Source: Giardia intestinalis
Taxonomy: Eukaryota
Direction: 5' to 3' (one strand)
DNA length: 64,000 nucleotides
Assembly: GCA_000002435.2 (NCBI GenBank)
Contig: CM018792.1
Part shown: one piece after another, positions 1 through 8,625 of the stretch
How the letters are laid out: each line of letters opens with the position of its first letter
How positions within the stretch are numbered: the stretch's first letter is position 1
Program-made: the position numbers and the translations under genes
The notes under the pieces: model-generated
The model's database searches: none
What the model was told of the DNA's origin: nothing
What the model saw: only the letters and a program-made list of their open reading frames with translations

Positions 1-1038
1 ATTAGGAAGTTGAAGAGGAACTAGATATTCCTGACAAGACAAGAGCTTCAGGAACCCTTGATAAGACATTAGCTGATGAGTTGAACCGTCGTTGGCACGT
101 TCAGACACCACCCTGAAAATATCTCTTGTCAGCTCTTCGCTTACCTCTATATCGGTAAGGTCCCTCACCGCTGAAACAAAATCTGCTATAGTCAGATAGT
201 TGTATCTTCGTCTATCTATTCTTCCAAAAAGAGCACGCGGCGAAGAAATGGCTGTAAATCTCTCAGCAAGATACAGCATGACTAACGACACATTTCCATC
301 GAGCTCTGTATTGTATGCCAATCTGTGCTCGGTCCCATCGTGTACACCTTCTTCTCTAAATTTGATCTTCATGTCCGAAGCAGACTCATCAAATGTGATA
401 GTCTCTTCTGCTGCCACTGGGGTATTAGAAGATTCTAAGGGTAACTCGGGCTGATGCTGAAGCAAGATGTTAAACTCGTGAATGGACATATGCTGGATCC
501 GAGGATCACTCTTGAGTTGTTTCCAGAGGTTACTCCAGGCAGAGTTTGAAAGCATGATACCGCACCGTGTACTTAGAATATTACGTAGATGATGCTCATA
601 AAGGAATTCTGCTCCATGGGTACACACCTTGTAGAACTTATAGACCGAGCACCCCAAGCTATGCATATACCGGACCAGTGCGCGCCTAACTGTGTCGACT
701 GTAACTGCTGTTTTATCCTCCTGAGAGACAACAACTGATTCTATGCCATCCTCTAAGAAGTGCTTGAAAAGGTTATAATCCATCATGTTTCTTCGCCTGC
801 TATTAACAATACAACCCGACTCGTTGCAATCTACATATCTACTGAACCAGCTACTCACCTGCTCCTCGGTGACAACCCCGCGAGGCAGAGAAAACCGGTC
901 ACAGTACTGAATGAAATCGTGCACGGAAACATACCCGTCTCCATCCATATCAACTGCTTGAAACAGTCGAAAAGTGGAGCTTGTCTGTTCAGTCAGTTTT
1001 TGCCTCAGAAATACGAGCAGCGTATCAGATGACTGCAT
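1..1038 (-). CDS. EF-hand domain protein, partial (C-terminal part runs off the window start)
   Basis: Reverse-strand frame is open for all 346 codons from ATG at 1038..1036 down to base 1. A canonical EF-hand loop (DMDGDGYVSVHDF) lies about 30 residues from the N-terminus. An AT-rich tract (aatttcaattttaatctaag) sits directly 5' of the ATG. Missing from the supplied ORF track because no stop codon lies inside the window. The + strand track ORFs 200..454 and 760..1032 are antisense to it. Confidence 0.6.
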   Translation of the reverse strand, partial: MQSSDTLLVFLRQKLTEQTSSTFRLFQAVDMDGDGYVSVHDFIQYCDRFSLPRGVVTEEQVSSWFSRYVDCNESGCIVNSRRRNMMDYNLFKHFLEDGIESVVVSQEDKTAVTVDTVRRALVRYMHSLGCSVYKFYKVCTHGAEFLYEHHLRNILSTRCGIMLSNSAWSNLWKQLKSDPRIQHMSIHEFNILLQHQPELPLESSNTPVAAEETITFDESASDMKIKFREEGVHDGTEHRLAYNTELDGNVSLVMLYLAERFTAISSPRALFGRIDRRRYNYLTIADFVSAVRDLTDIEVSEELTRDIFRVVSERANDGSTHQLMSYQGFLKLLSCQEYLVPLQLPN

Positions 1039-1221
1039 TAAATCCTAGATCTTAAGATCTTAGATTAAAATTGAAATTTCGCATCAAATTTTAACGAGCC
1101 CGAGGCCTTAGCACAAGTGCGGCTATGCGTATATAACTGTGCTTATACATTGCTTAGAGTATTCTTTCTGCATGATTCCTGAAACAGAGTAAATTACTTA
1201 AAACCTAAAAAACAGTCCCCC

Positions 1222-1917
1222 ATGACAACACCACAGCAGCCCCCAAACGACAGCTGGCTTCAAGATAGTTATAATTCGTCGGAGGACTCGATGGACTATC
1301 CAATAGTCAATACAGACCTCCTAGTTAACGTGCCGCTAGACTTTATCAGAGATACCTTTAATCACGCAGACCTTCCAGAGCTCTTCACCAACTTCGAAGC
1401 CGTGTTACAGGGGCTAGAGTTTTCCTACGAGGCTGACACAGAGAAACTTGAGGACGCGAGCCTTCAGGTGGAGATCGGACTGCTCTACGGTCTGCTCCAT
1501 GCGCGCTTTGTTACCACTGATCAAGGTTTAGCAAAGCTTAGCCGGATGTTTCTGGCTGGAAAGTTTGGTATGTGTCCAAGAGAAGGCTGCAAAGACTGTC
1601 CCTTACTTCCCGTTGGTGCCAGTAACGTGCCAGGGGTGTCTCCGTTGGGAGGATACTGTGTCTATTGCAAGGATGTCTACCTTCCGTTATCGCATGACGT
1701 TCTGAAGGGAGAGCTTGTAGACGGATCCTTCTATGGCAGTAGCTTCCCTCAGGTCTTTCTTTCTAGATACCCCAAGCTAGAGTCTAAGCTCATCGCCAGT
1801 CTAGACGCCTCAACAAACTCAGATAGTCCGACATACTACAAAGATATTGACGCAAAGCTCTCCAAAGAGAACATGCACCTCTTCGGCTTCAAGATCAATT
1901 GGGGGCTTGTAGAATAG
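1222..1917 (+). CDS. casein kinase II beta (regulatory) subunit
   Basis: ATG at 1222 preceded by aaaacctaaaaaacag. Shows the CK2-beta signature region GLLYGLLHARFVTTDQG...KFGMCPREGCKDCPLLPVG...GYCVYCKDVYLP...DGSFYGSSFP, including the Zn-ribbon CPxxxC...CxxC. Confidence 0.85.
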   Translation: MTTPQQPPNDSWLQDSYNSSEDSMDYPIVNTDLLVNVPLDFIRDTFNHADLPELFTNFEAVLQGLEFSYEADTEKLEDASLQVEIGLLYGLLHARFVTTDQGLAKLSRMFLAGKFGMCPREGCKDCPLLPVGASNVPGVSPLGGYCVYCKDVYLPLSHDVLKGELVDGSFYGSSFPQVFLSRYPKLESKLIASLDASTNSDSPTYYKDIDAKLSKENMHLFGFKINWGLVE

Positions 1918-2013
1918 CTGTAGCAGCAGCGGATCTCCAGAGCCTTGTAAATTCAATGCTGTGTTTCGCACTTGTTTAGTAACAGGTACTAGATTGACAG
2001 CAGTCACTACGAC

Positions 2014-2400
2014 TTAAGCTGTAGGGAATGCAAAGCAGATCCGGCGTCGTGGATGAAGAGCTTCTAGTTTCTTACGATGGAACGCTAGAATCTGTGCATA
2101 GAGCTCGTTGCTTGAAGACCCGGTGCCTTCTAGAAATTCAAGCAGCCGAGCAATTCCAAGAGAGCTGCATGCCCTGTATGCGTTAGGGACATATAGTAGG
2201 GGCTTATCTGGGTGTATCTTGAGACAATGTGCATGCAACGCACTTACTGACTTGAATCGCTGACCACGACGTGGACAGCCGGGAGTACTACACCGAAAAT
2301 GCCGAGCTCGCTGATGAAGCTCCAGCCCCTCTTTTGTCTTGAAAAGCCTTCCACAGTATAAGCAAAGAGCAGTGACTATGAGCACCTTGGTGCGGCCCAT
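2014..2400 (-). CDS. small C2H2-type zinc-finger protein
   Basis: The track ORF 2014..2772 begins at a GTG. The first ATG is at 2400..2398 and is preceded by an AT-rich initiator (ttttaatttttctaacattttt). C2H2-like units: CLYCGRLFKTKEGLELHQRARH and FRCSTPGCPRRGQRFKSVSALHAHCLKIH. Confidence 0.45.
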   Translation of the reverse strand: MGRTKVLIVTALCLYCGRLFKTKEGLELHQRARHFRCSTPGCPRRGQRFKSVSALHAHCLKIHPDKPLLYVPNAYRACSSLGIARLLEFLEGTGSSSNELYAQILAFHRKKLEALHPRRRICFAFPTA

Positions 2401-2484
2401 CAAAAATGTTAGAAAAATTAAAAACCGATAACCTTCTTTTTCCACACTGTCCCGGGCCTCCGTATCTACTAACGAGTTTTGCTC

Positions 2485-3480
2485 ATGCACTACACGTTTC
2501 TTGAAACCGTGAATAGACAGATGGTCTTTTATATCTACATTATGCTCGATGGGAAGCTTGTTCGGTCTACCGAGACCAAAGCTGTGCTTCTTCCCAAGCA
2601 GCTTTCCTCCCTCTCCTTGGAGATGGCATATCTCAAAGCTGATGAGGATACCATAATATTCAAATTTACACAGTTTCGAGGCATCATAACAGAAACTGTT
2701 CTCTACCTGGTCCAGGCCGGGCTCACTGATGACTCTCTTAAGGAACTGGAGGCATGCTTCCAAGTTTCTCACAGAGACCTAGTCAATGAGCCGTTCGAAG
2801 TCCAAGTGCTTGATACTATTATAAGTACTGCCACGGCTGCCTTGCGGACTAGGCTCAACGATATTAATTCAGATTTCGTTCAGATTGATTTGGCAAACAG
2901 AACAAAGGACGGAGTTAAGGATCTTCTCTTTCAGTTTCCTGATCGCCTATTGGACCTCAGCACCCAGTGTCAATGCATTTCACTCGCAATTTCAGATCTT
3001 CTAGACGACGAGGATGAGATTATTAGTCTTTGTTTCAAGAACAGGCATTTCCAACGAGACAGACTTTACTTTTGCAAGGTTCAGAAGGAGACCTTCAACA
3101 ATGGAAATGATTATCTGCCCTACCCTATTGACACTCTGGTTAACATGCTAGAGATATACCTCTTTCTTACTAAGGCAATGATCTCCACGGTAGATGTGAT
3201 GCGGTCAAACATCCTCAACACCTTCTCCCTCAGCGAATTGGATTTGGATAAGCGTCGGAATAAGATCCTTCGTTTTGAACTACACATAACATTTGTTTCG
3301 CTAGCTATCGAGATTGCATGCATGTTTTCCTCTCTTCTGGGCATGAATGTGTACATACCAAACAGCGAGAGTGTCCCTGTTTTCTTTTACACAAGTGGTG
3401 GTATTGTGGCTTTCAGTGTCTGTATTATTTTGGTTTGCCTACTTGTGGAACGCATCATCAATCGTAGGCAAGTTAACTGA
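2485..3480 (+). CDS. CorA/Mrs2-like Mg2+ transporter (GMN motif, two C-terminal TM helices)
   Basis: Track start 2479 is TTG; the first ATG is at 2485. C-terminus reads IEIACMFSSLLGMNVYIP followed by a second hydrophobic helix FFYTSGGIVAFSVCIILVCLLV, the CorA-family GMN signature arrangement. Confidence 0.5.
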   Translation: MHYTFLETVNRQMVFYIYIMLDGKLVRSTETKAVLLPKQLSSLSLEMAYLKADEDTIIFKFTQFRGIITETVLYLVQAGLTDDSLKELEACFQVSHRDLVNEPFEVQVLDTIISTATAALRTRLNDINSDFVQIDLANRTKDGVKDLLFQFPDRLLDLSTQCQCISLAISDLLDDEDEIISLCFKNRHFQRDRLYFCKVQKETFNNGNDYLPYPIDTLVNMLEIYLFLTKAMISTVDVMRSNILNTFSLSELDLDKRRNKILRFELHITFVSLAIEIACMFSSLLGMNVYIPNSESVPVFFYTSGGIVAFSVCIILVCLLVERIINRRQVN

Positions 3481-3538
3481 CATTAGAGTAAACGCTTGTT
3501 CCGTTGACTCGAAAAGAAAAGTATAGCAACCTGTGTGT

Positions 3539-6085
3539 ATGTCAACTTGTGTGCCATCTATCACTGAATCAGATGATGGCAGTAGAAGGGGTACGGTGGA
3601 TTCGCATTTGGAAGAGTGCAGTCCCACGTTCCTATCTACTACAGAATCTTTCTCCCCCAGAACACCACATTCTCATGCAGTAGTACAACATAGTACTAGC
3701 CCCAGAGATACGAGGGGACCAGAATGTCGCTCTGAACCGTGGTGTACCGTGGATTTCTTCCCATGCCTTCAAGAAACGGAACGCAAAAGTGCACTAGCCC
3801 CATCTCTGCAGGCGTCATTGGCATGTCTTCCCAAAGTAACTTGCTTGTCAGATTCCCAGAAGGATGTGCTAATACGTCACGACGAGCAGATAAGTGCTGC
3901 CACTACAGACTTTCAATACATGGCCCCGACCATGAAATCAACCCATACAAACAAGAGATTGATGAAGAATTTAACCGCAGTGCAGCAAAGAAAACGTAAC
4001 GACAGTACAAAAAGTGTTCTAAACACGTCAGGTGGATTAGGAGAAATGGAGCTTCCTAAAGCAGAGTTTACTAGCACCACACTACGTGCAATCATACCGA
4101 ATACATCAAAATTGGAGCGAGAATACCTTTTCCCCAGAGCCACGAGTTGCATCAGTTATAGTGACGAGCGAATACGCATGCGACTTGCCAATAAAGCCAA
4201 CGATGAACGAAGTACAAAGCCTATCATGTATGCAGACTATGATGACGTGGGCATGCGCTCCTCATCTGCTCTTGCTGTGCTAAATCCCTTCAAACTAGCT
4301 CCAGAAAGTCTCCTGCATCCATATGATGAACTAGCGCTTCAGCCCCTGAAGAGGGCTGTGCGAAAGAGTAGTAGTATTAAAAAGCACTTGTTTCGATCCT
4401 ATCTCACAGCAGCTGCAGCTAATTTGCGAAATGCTGTATCAGAGCAGGGGTTTTATGCCAAAGGAAAGCAAGTTTTCTGTCATGCAAACTCGCCTGATCA
4501 ATCAGTAGGGGGACAACAGACTTATAGTTACTCCAATAATATACAAAGCGACCACTATATAGCCCAGGATGATGACGAGAGCCTACGGAAAAAGAATGAG
4601 GAAATGCTCTACAGATTAAAATACAGTCATTTTATTTTGAAAATTATCAATACAGAAGAAGATTGCGCCGATGAAATCATGGAAGATTTGAATGACCTGC
4701 TTCACTGCACGTCGGCTACCAAATCAGTCAAATCTCAAGATTCATGTCTAGAAGGTCATAACTCTGGTGTCACCATTAAGCGTATAACAAATGATGGAAT
4801 TAAGTATACAGTAAGATACGATGCTGATCTCACAGTGCCAATTGTTATTAAGATAATCGCAAGCCACAGTATTCTTGAACTTCTCTATGCAAGCTACAAG
4901 GACAAAAGGGATTTAGTACGCATAATTCGAGATTACGAAGAAGACCAGGTTGCGTTTCGGATGGGCTTATTACAGACGACTGCAACTTCAAATACTACTG
5001 CTGTGACACCGTCTTCTGTTCCTTGTAAGCATTTGTCCCCACAGTCACAAAAGCTCCTTACCACTGAACCTAGTACAAGCTCTATGCCGAGTGACTATAG
5101 CAGAGCATTCTTCTCACTAATTAATCCGTCCAAGTCTGACAATCCAAAGGGTGAAGCTGTTTCAGAGCCAGAGGCGCCCAAGCGACAATCCTACAACATA
5201 AATATGTGTATTCAGCGGTTGAACAATGAACTGAAGAAGCTAGAAGAGAAACGGCAGCAAAGGAAAAGTAAAGAGGAGGCTGCAGAGCCACAGAGTTATT
5301 CTATGAGTGACTCTGGACTATCTTCCTTTTCGCTGACCCTGGACTTCTCTCCCGATAGAGCTGGCCCAGGCGATGATTGGCGCTCTCCATCCATGACTAC
5401 TCTGATTTCGAAAAGACCTATCCGCACATCTATCGTAGAGGATAAGCCTATAGACAGCACACATGCCATGACATTATCATTATTGGATACGTTCACGACA
5501 AGAAAAGATATGTGCAAAATGATACTTTTAAAGCAGAGCCAGAGAGCCCCAGATGACCTGTTAGCCAGAGCATCTCAACTTCGCGACAAGCTCACACAGA
5601 AACGGGACATTGAGGCTTTTAATGCGGAGCAGAAGAAGAAGACATCTGTGGACGTGCGTAGAAGCAACGAAGAGGTCATATCATACATGCTCTCAAGTCA
5701 TCACAACAGTCGCAGGATCCTTGCAAAGGAGGATCTAAAACCTGCGATAGACAAGGTAGGGCGTCAGGCTGTTGCACGGGATTACTTTCATGGTGACGCA
5801 CCCAGTGGTGCACAAACAGTTACTTTGGATACAGATGCGATAAGAAAGACGCTGGATGCATATGTGCACAAGAATAAAGGCCCGACCAAATGGTGCACGT
5901 TCAATCCAGTAAAGGGTGTAACAAGGGAGCATATATCACGCCACGATGCCACTAGAGCATCACTAGCTCAGCCAAAAGCTGCACCTTTTCCTCGAAGCTT
6001 GAATTTCAAGACGGATGCAGTAACACAACCCGCTGGACCGTGGAAAGCCATGAAAGTGACCAAGCCAGATTACTATTCTAAGTAG
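3539..6085 (+). CDS. hypothetical protein, Ser/Thr-rich N-terminus with coiled-coil segments
   Basis: Long ORF. Track start 3533 is GTG; the first ATG is at 3539. No recognisable catalytic motif. The 3' end overlaps the convergent ankyrin gene by 8 bp. Confidence 0.4.
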   Translation: MSTCVPSITESDDGSRRGTVDSHLEECSPTFLSTTESFSPRTPHSHAVVQHSTSPRDTRGPECRSEPWCTVDFFPCLQETERKSALAPSLQASLACLPKVTCLSDSQKDVLIRHDEQISAATTDFQYMAPTMKSTHTNKRLMKNLTAVQQRKRNDSTKSVLNTSGGLGEMELPKAEFTSTTLRAIIPNTSKLEREYLFPRATSCISYSDERIRMRLANKANDERSTKPIMYADYDDVGMRSSSALAVLNPFKLAPESLLHPYDELALQPLKRAVRKSSSIKKHLFRSYLTAAAANLRNAVSEQGFYAKGKQVFCHANSPDQSVGGQQTYSYSNNIQSDHYIAQDDDESLRKKNEEMLYRLKYSHFILKIINTEEDCADEIMEDLNDLLHCTSATKSVKSQDSCLEGHNSGVTIKRITNDGIKYTVRYDADLTVPIVIKIIASHSILELLYASYKDKRDLVRIIRDYEEDQVAFRMGLLQTTATSNTTAVTPSSVPCKHLSPQSQKLLTTEPSTSSMPSDYSRAFFSLINPSKSDNPKGEAVSEPEAPKRQSYNINMCIQRLNNELKKLEEKRQQRKSKEEAAEPQSYSMSDSGLSSFSLTLDFSPDRAGPGDDWRSPSMTTLISKRPIRTSIVEDKPIDSTHAMTLSLLDTFTTRKDMCKMILLKQSQRAPDDLLARASQLRDKLTQKRDIEAFNAEQKKKTSVDVRRSNEEVISYMLSSHHNSRRILAKEDLKPAIDKVGRQAVARDYFHGDAPSGAQTVTLDTDAIRKTLDAYVHKNKGPTKWCTFNPVKGVTREHISRHDATRASLAQPKAAPFPRSLNFKTDAVTQPAGPWKAMKVTKPDYYSK

Positions 6086-6692
6086 GCGCTCGAGGAAGAG
6101 TGGAAGGCGTTGTCATGGCCTGTAGAGCCTCTGTCCTTCCACCCTTTATAGCTAGATCCCGGGCAGTATAGCCCATTCTGTTCCGCAGCGGCATTTCGCT
6201 AAGTAGCAAGGGAATGCATTCGAGACTGTTGTGAAACACCGCAAGCATGAGCGCTGTCCATCCAGAGCTTGTTTGCTTTCCTAGCTCACATTTTAGTAAA
6301 CAGGCAACCTCAGTATAGTTGTAGCAGGCCGCATACATGAGAGCAGTGTAACCATCTTTATCCTGCATGTTTTTCTCCTGTGGGAGTAAAAGAGATACCA
6401 GAGGCAGTTGGTGTCTCTTAGCAGCCATCATCAGCGCTGTTTCACCGTTGGTCATGAAGCATCCTGCTTCGTGGAAGTAATTGTTGGCCCTGCTCAGATC
6501 ATTTGCTAGTACTGCCTTCATTAGTTCCGTGGGGCTGGACACTGGACCAAGTGACGTAAGGGAGTCAACAGACCTAGGAACTGAAGAGTGCTTCAAAGAC
6601 GGCTCCGCAGATAGTATATTTAAGGGTTCGGACGAGGCATTCACCTCCGACATAAGATTCTTTATGTACTTACAAAGATCATCAAACGTCAT
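6078..6692 (-). CDS. ankyrin-repeat protein (Giardia Protein 21.1-like)
   Basis: ATG at 6692. Three to four ankyrin repeats: GETALMMAAKRHQLPLVSLLL, DGYTALMYAACYNYTEVACLL, SGWTALMLAVFHNSLECIPLLL. Confidence 0.7.
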   Translation of the reverse strand: MTFDDLCKYIKNLMSEVNASSEPLNILSAEPSLKHSSVPRSVDSLTSLGPVSSPTELMKAVLANDLSRANNYFHEAGCFMTNGETALMMAAKRHQLPLVSLLLPQEKNMQDKDGYTALMYAACYNYTEVACLLKCELGKQTSSGWTALMLAVFHNSLECIPLLLSEMPLRNRMGYTARDLAIKGGRTEALQAMTTPSTLPRAPT

Positions 6693-6729
6693 GTAGGTTT
6701 ACTGAATGGGTACTAGGGCTCCTGCACTT

Positions 6730-7698
6730 CTAGTGCGGAGAAAGTTGAAGAAAGAGCTCAGCCAGCAGACGACATAGCTGCAAGGGACTTGAAACGGTTG
6801 TCTTGCTCTTTGCATGTAAACTGGCGAGAATTCGAAGCATACTAGCCCGCACCACGTCATTAATTTCTGTTTCGCTGTTAAGGGCATAGCGAAACATCGC
6901 GTTGTAGATATCGTCGTAATTGTAACCTTCGTTGAGCTGGTTATCTATAAGCATCCATCCGTCGTCAAACTTGCCGGATGTCAGGAGCTTCATAACCTGA
7001 TCAATAACCTTAACATCTATAGTGCTGAGAGCCTTCTGAACACCGGCCACTGTAATTACCTTGTTGTTAGCGTCTGCAACCAGCTGCAGGCTGTTGAGGC
7101 ATGAGCGAACATCGTTCCCAGAGATAGAAATAAGCTCCTTGAGTGCCTCGGTGTCGCTCTTAACCCCTTCCTTTTCGCAGATCTCCTGTAGATATTTGAT
7201 AAGTTCTGCTTGCGTAGCAGGCATGATGCGGAGAACACAACACCGCGATTGGACAGGCTCGATAACCTTCGAGATGTTGTTGCATGCGAGACAGAAGCGC
7301 GTGGAGCCAGTCTCGTCATCCATAATGCGGCGAAGGACTTGCTGGGCGGCCTCTGTCATTGCATCGCATTCGTCGAGGAAAACGAGCTTCTGGATACCCG
7401 CGGGAAGAGTTACTTGCTTTTGGGCGAAGGTCTTGACCTTGGCCCGGATATCGCTGACATTACGCTCGTCCGACGCGTTAAGCTCGAGGAAGGCCACACT
7501 GCGATGTGCACCAAGCATCTGGTTGGCCAGACAAAGAGCGATCGTCGTCTTCCCGAGCCCAGGCCCGCCGGCGAAAAGGATGTTCGGGAGGTTCCCCTGT
7601 GCGGCGAAGTAGCGAAGGCGCGCGAGGATCTCCGGGTTCCCGATGAGCCCGTCGAGGGTGCGCGGGCGGTACCGCTCGATGAATGGGAGTGCCTTCAT
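6730..7698 (-). CDS. replication factor C small subunit (clamp-loader AAA+ ATPase)
   Basis: ATG at 7698. Motifs: ERYRPRTL, Walker A GGPGLGKTT, DEAD-like LDECDAM, SRC motif QSRCCVLR. The first ~60 codons are about 95% GC3 and the 3' third drops to ~45% (see findings). Confidence 0.9.
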   Translation of the reverse strand: MKALPFIERYRPRTLDGLIGNPEILARLRYFAAQGNLPNILFAGGPGLGKTTIALCLANQMLGAHRSVAFLELNASDERNVSDIRAKVKTFAQKQVTLPAGIQKLVFLDECDAMTEAAQQVLRRIMDDETGSTRFCLACNNISKVIEPVQSRCCVLRIMPATQAELIKYLQEICEKEGVKSDTEALKELISISGNDVRSCLNSLQLVADANNKVITVAGVQKALSTIDVKVIDQVMKLLTSGKFDDGWMLIDNQLNEGYNYDDIYNAMFRYALNSETEINDVVRASMLRILASLHAKSKTTVSSPLQLCRLLAELFLQLSPH

Positions 7699-7761
7699 CG
7701 GCCACTCTTTTCAAACAATAAACTGCCTACTCCGGCCTCTGGTGAGGTCCCGCGCGGGCGC

Positions 7762-7844
7762 GCCAGTTTGGCCGAGTGGTTAAGGCGGGGGACTTAAGAT
7801 CCTCTGATCGCAAGATCGCGTGGGTTCGAACCCCACAGCTGGCA
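7762..7844 (+). tRNA. tRNA-Leu (anticodon TAA), type II with long variable arm
   Basis: GCCAGTTTGGCCGAGTGGTTAAGGCGGGGGACTTAAGATCC...GTGGGTTCGAACCCCACAGCTGGCA. Near-identical in architecture to eukaryotic tRNA-Leu(UAA). Followed by a TTTT Pol III terminator. Confidence 0.85.
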
Positions 7845-7848
7845 TTTT
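7845..7848 (+). terminator. Pol III T-run terminator of tRNA-Leu
   Basis: TTTT immediately after the discriminator base. Confidence 0.5.
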
Positions 7849-8508
7849 ATGCTCCACCGTGCGGCGCTCTGCCGCCCTGATCACACCCTCTTCTGGACCG
7901 TCTGCGCGCCCGTCGGTGCAGGACTCGTTTTCCTCTCTCTAGCTGCGCGCAGCATAATCTTGCAGATTCCGTACGCCAGGGTCAGAGCACTCTCTCTGGA
8001 CTCGAGGTCTACGGCTCTGCTGCGCATACATCTGCGCCACGGCGCTACTGTGCTGCTGTGGTGTGATTCAGCAGAGCTTTTGGCGAAAGAGGTTACCGAA
8101 GCTAGCAAAGTAGGAGGCGATGCAAGTCAAACGGAAGACGGCGTCATGTTCTCGTGCCATGTTTCTACGGGGTCTTACGTGCTTCATTCAGCAGTTGTGA
8201 CAGTAGGGCATCTCCACGTGATAGTGCATACATCAGATATTTTGCTGAAATGCCCTGTGGCAGAAATCATCGAAGTCCGCGAAGCAGGGCATCCATGCGT
8301 TATTGACCTGTGCTGCATCTCTAAAAGACTTATCCTTGAGTTTGATAAGAGCGAGGATGCGAACAAATGTCGTACCCTTTTACTTGGCTACATCTTGCTG
8401 AGGACCCTTAAAATAGATGTGAAAGATCAGATAAAACAATTTTACGTGGCTTCCATAGCTCAACCATCAATGCTGTGGGCGGGAAGCCTTTTTCACAATC
8501 TTCAATAA
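7849..8508 (+). CDS. hypothetical protein (start uncertain)
   Basis: 219-codon ORF whose ATG lies 5 nt after the tRNA-Leu 3' end, overlapping the Pol III terminator. The first third is GC-rich, so low stop density there is weak evidence for coding. No recognisable domain. Confidence 0.3.
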   Translation: MLHRAALCRPDHTLFWTVCAPVGAGLVFLSLAARSIILQIPYARVRALSLDSRSTALLRIHLRHGATVLLWCDSAELLAKEVTEASKVGGDASQTEDGVMFSCHVSTGSYVLHSAVVTVGHLHVIVHTSDILLKCPVAEIIEVREAGHPCVIDLCCISKRLILEFDKSEDANKCRTLLLGYILLRTLKIDVKDQIKQFYVASIAQPSMLWAGSLFHNLQ

Positions 8509-8603
8509 ATTTTAATATACTTGTTCTCAGTAGGCACATTTCTTAGATTGATAACTCCATATTAGCTGCGAAACAAAGAGGAGTAGCAGGCCATTTTCTA
8601 ATT

Positions 8604-8625
8604 AATCGGTCAAAAAATTAATAAA
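8604..8625 (+). promoter_or_regulatory. AT-rich initiator directly abutting the CHD ATG
   Basis: aattaatcggtcaaaaaattaataaa ATG. The same arrangement recurs at 1222, 35914, 50962, 56881, 60885(-), 50452(-) and 46970(-). Confidence 0.4.

Noticed and set aside
200-1032. Plus-strand ORFs 200..454 and 760..1032
   Set aside because: They lie antisense to a continuous 346-codon EF-hand reading frame with a proper AT-rich initiator. No motifs, so treated as chance antisense ORFs.
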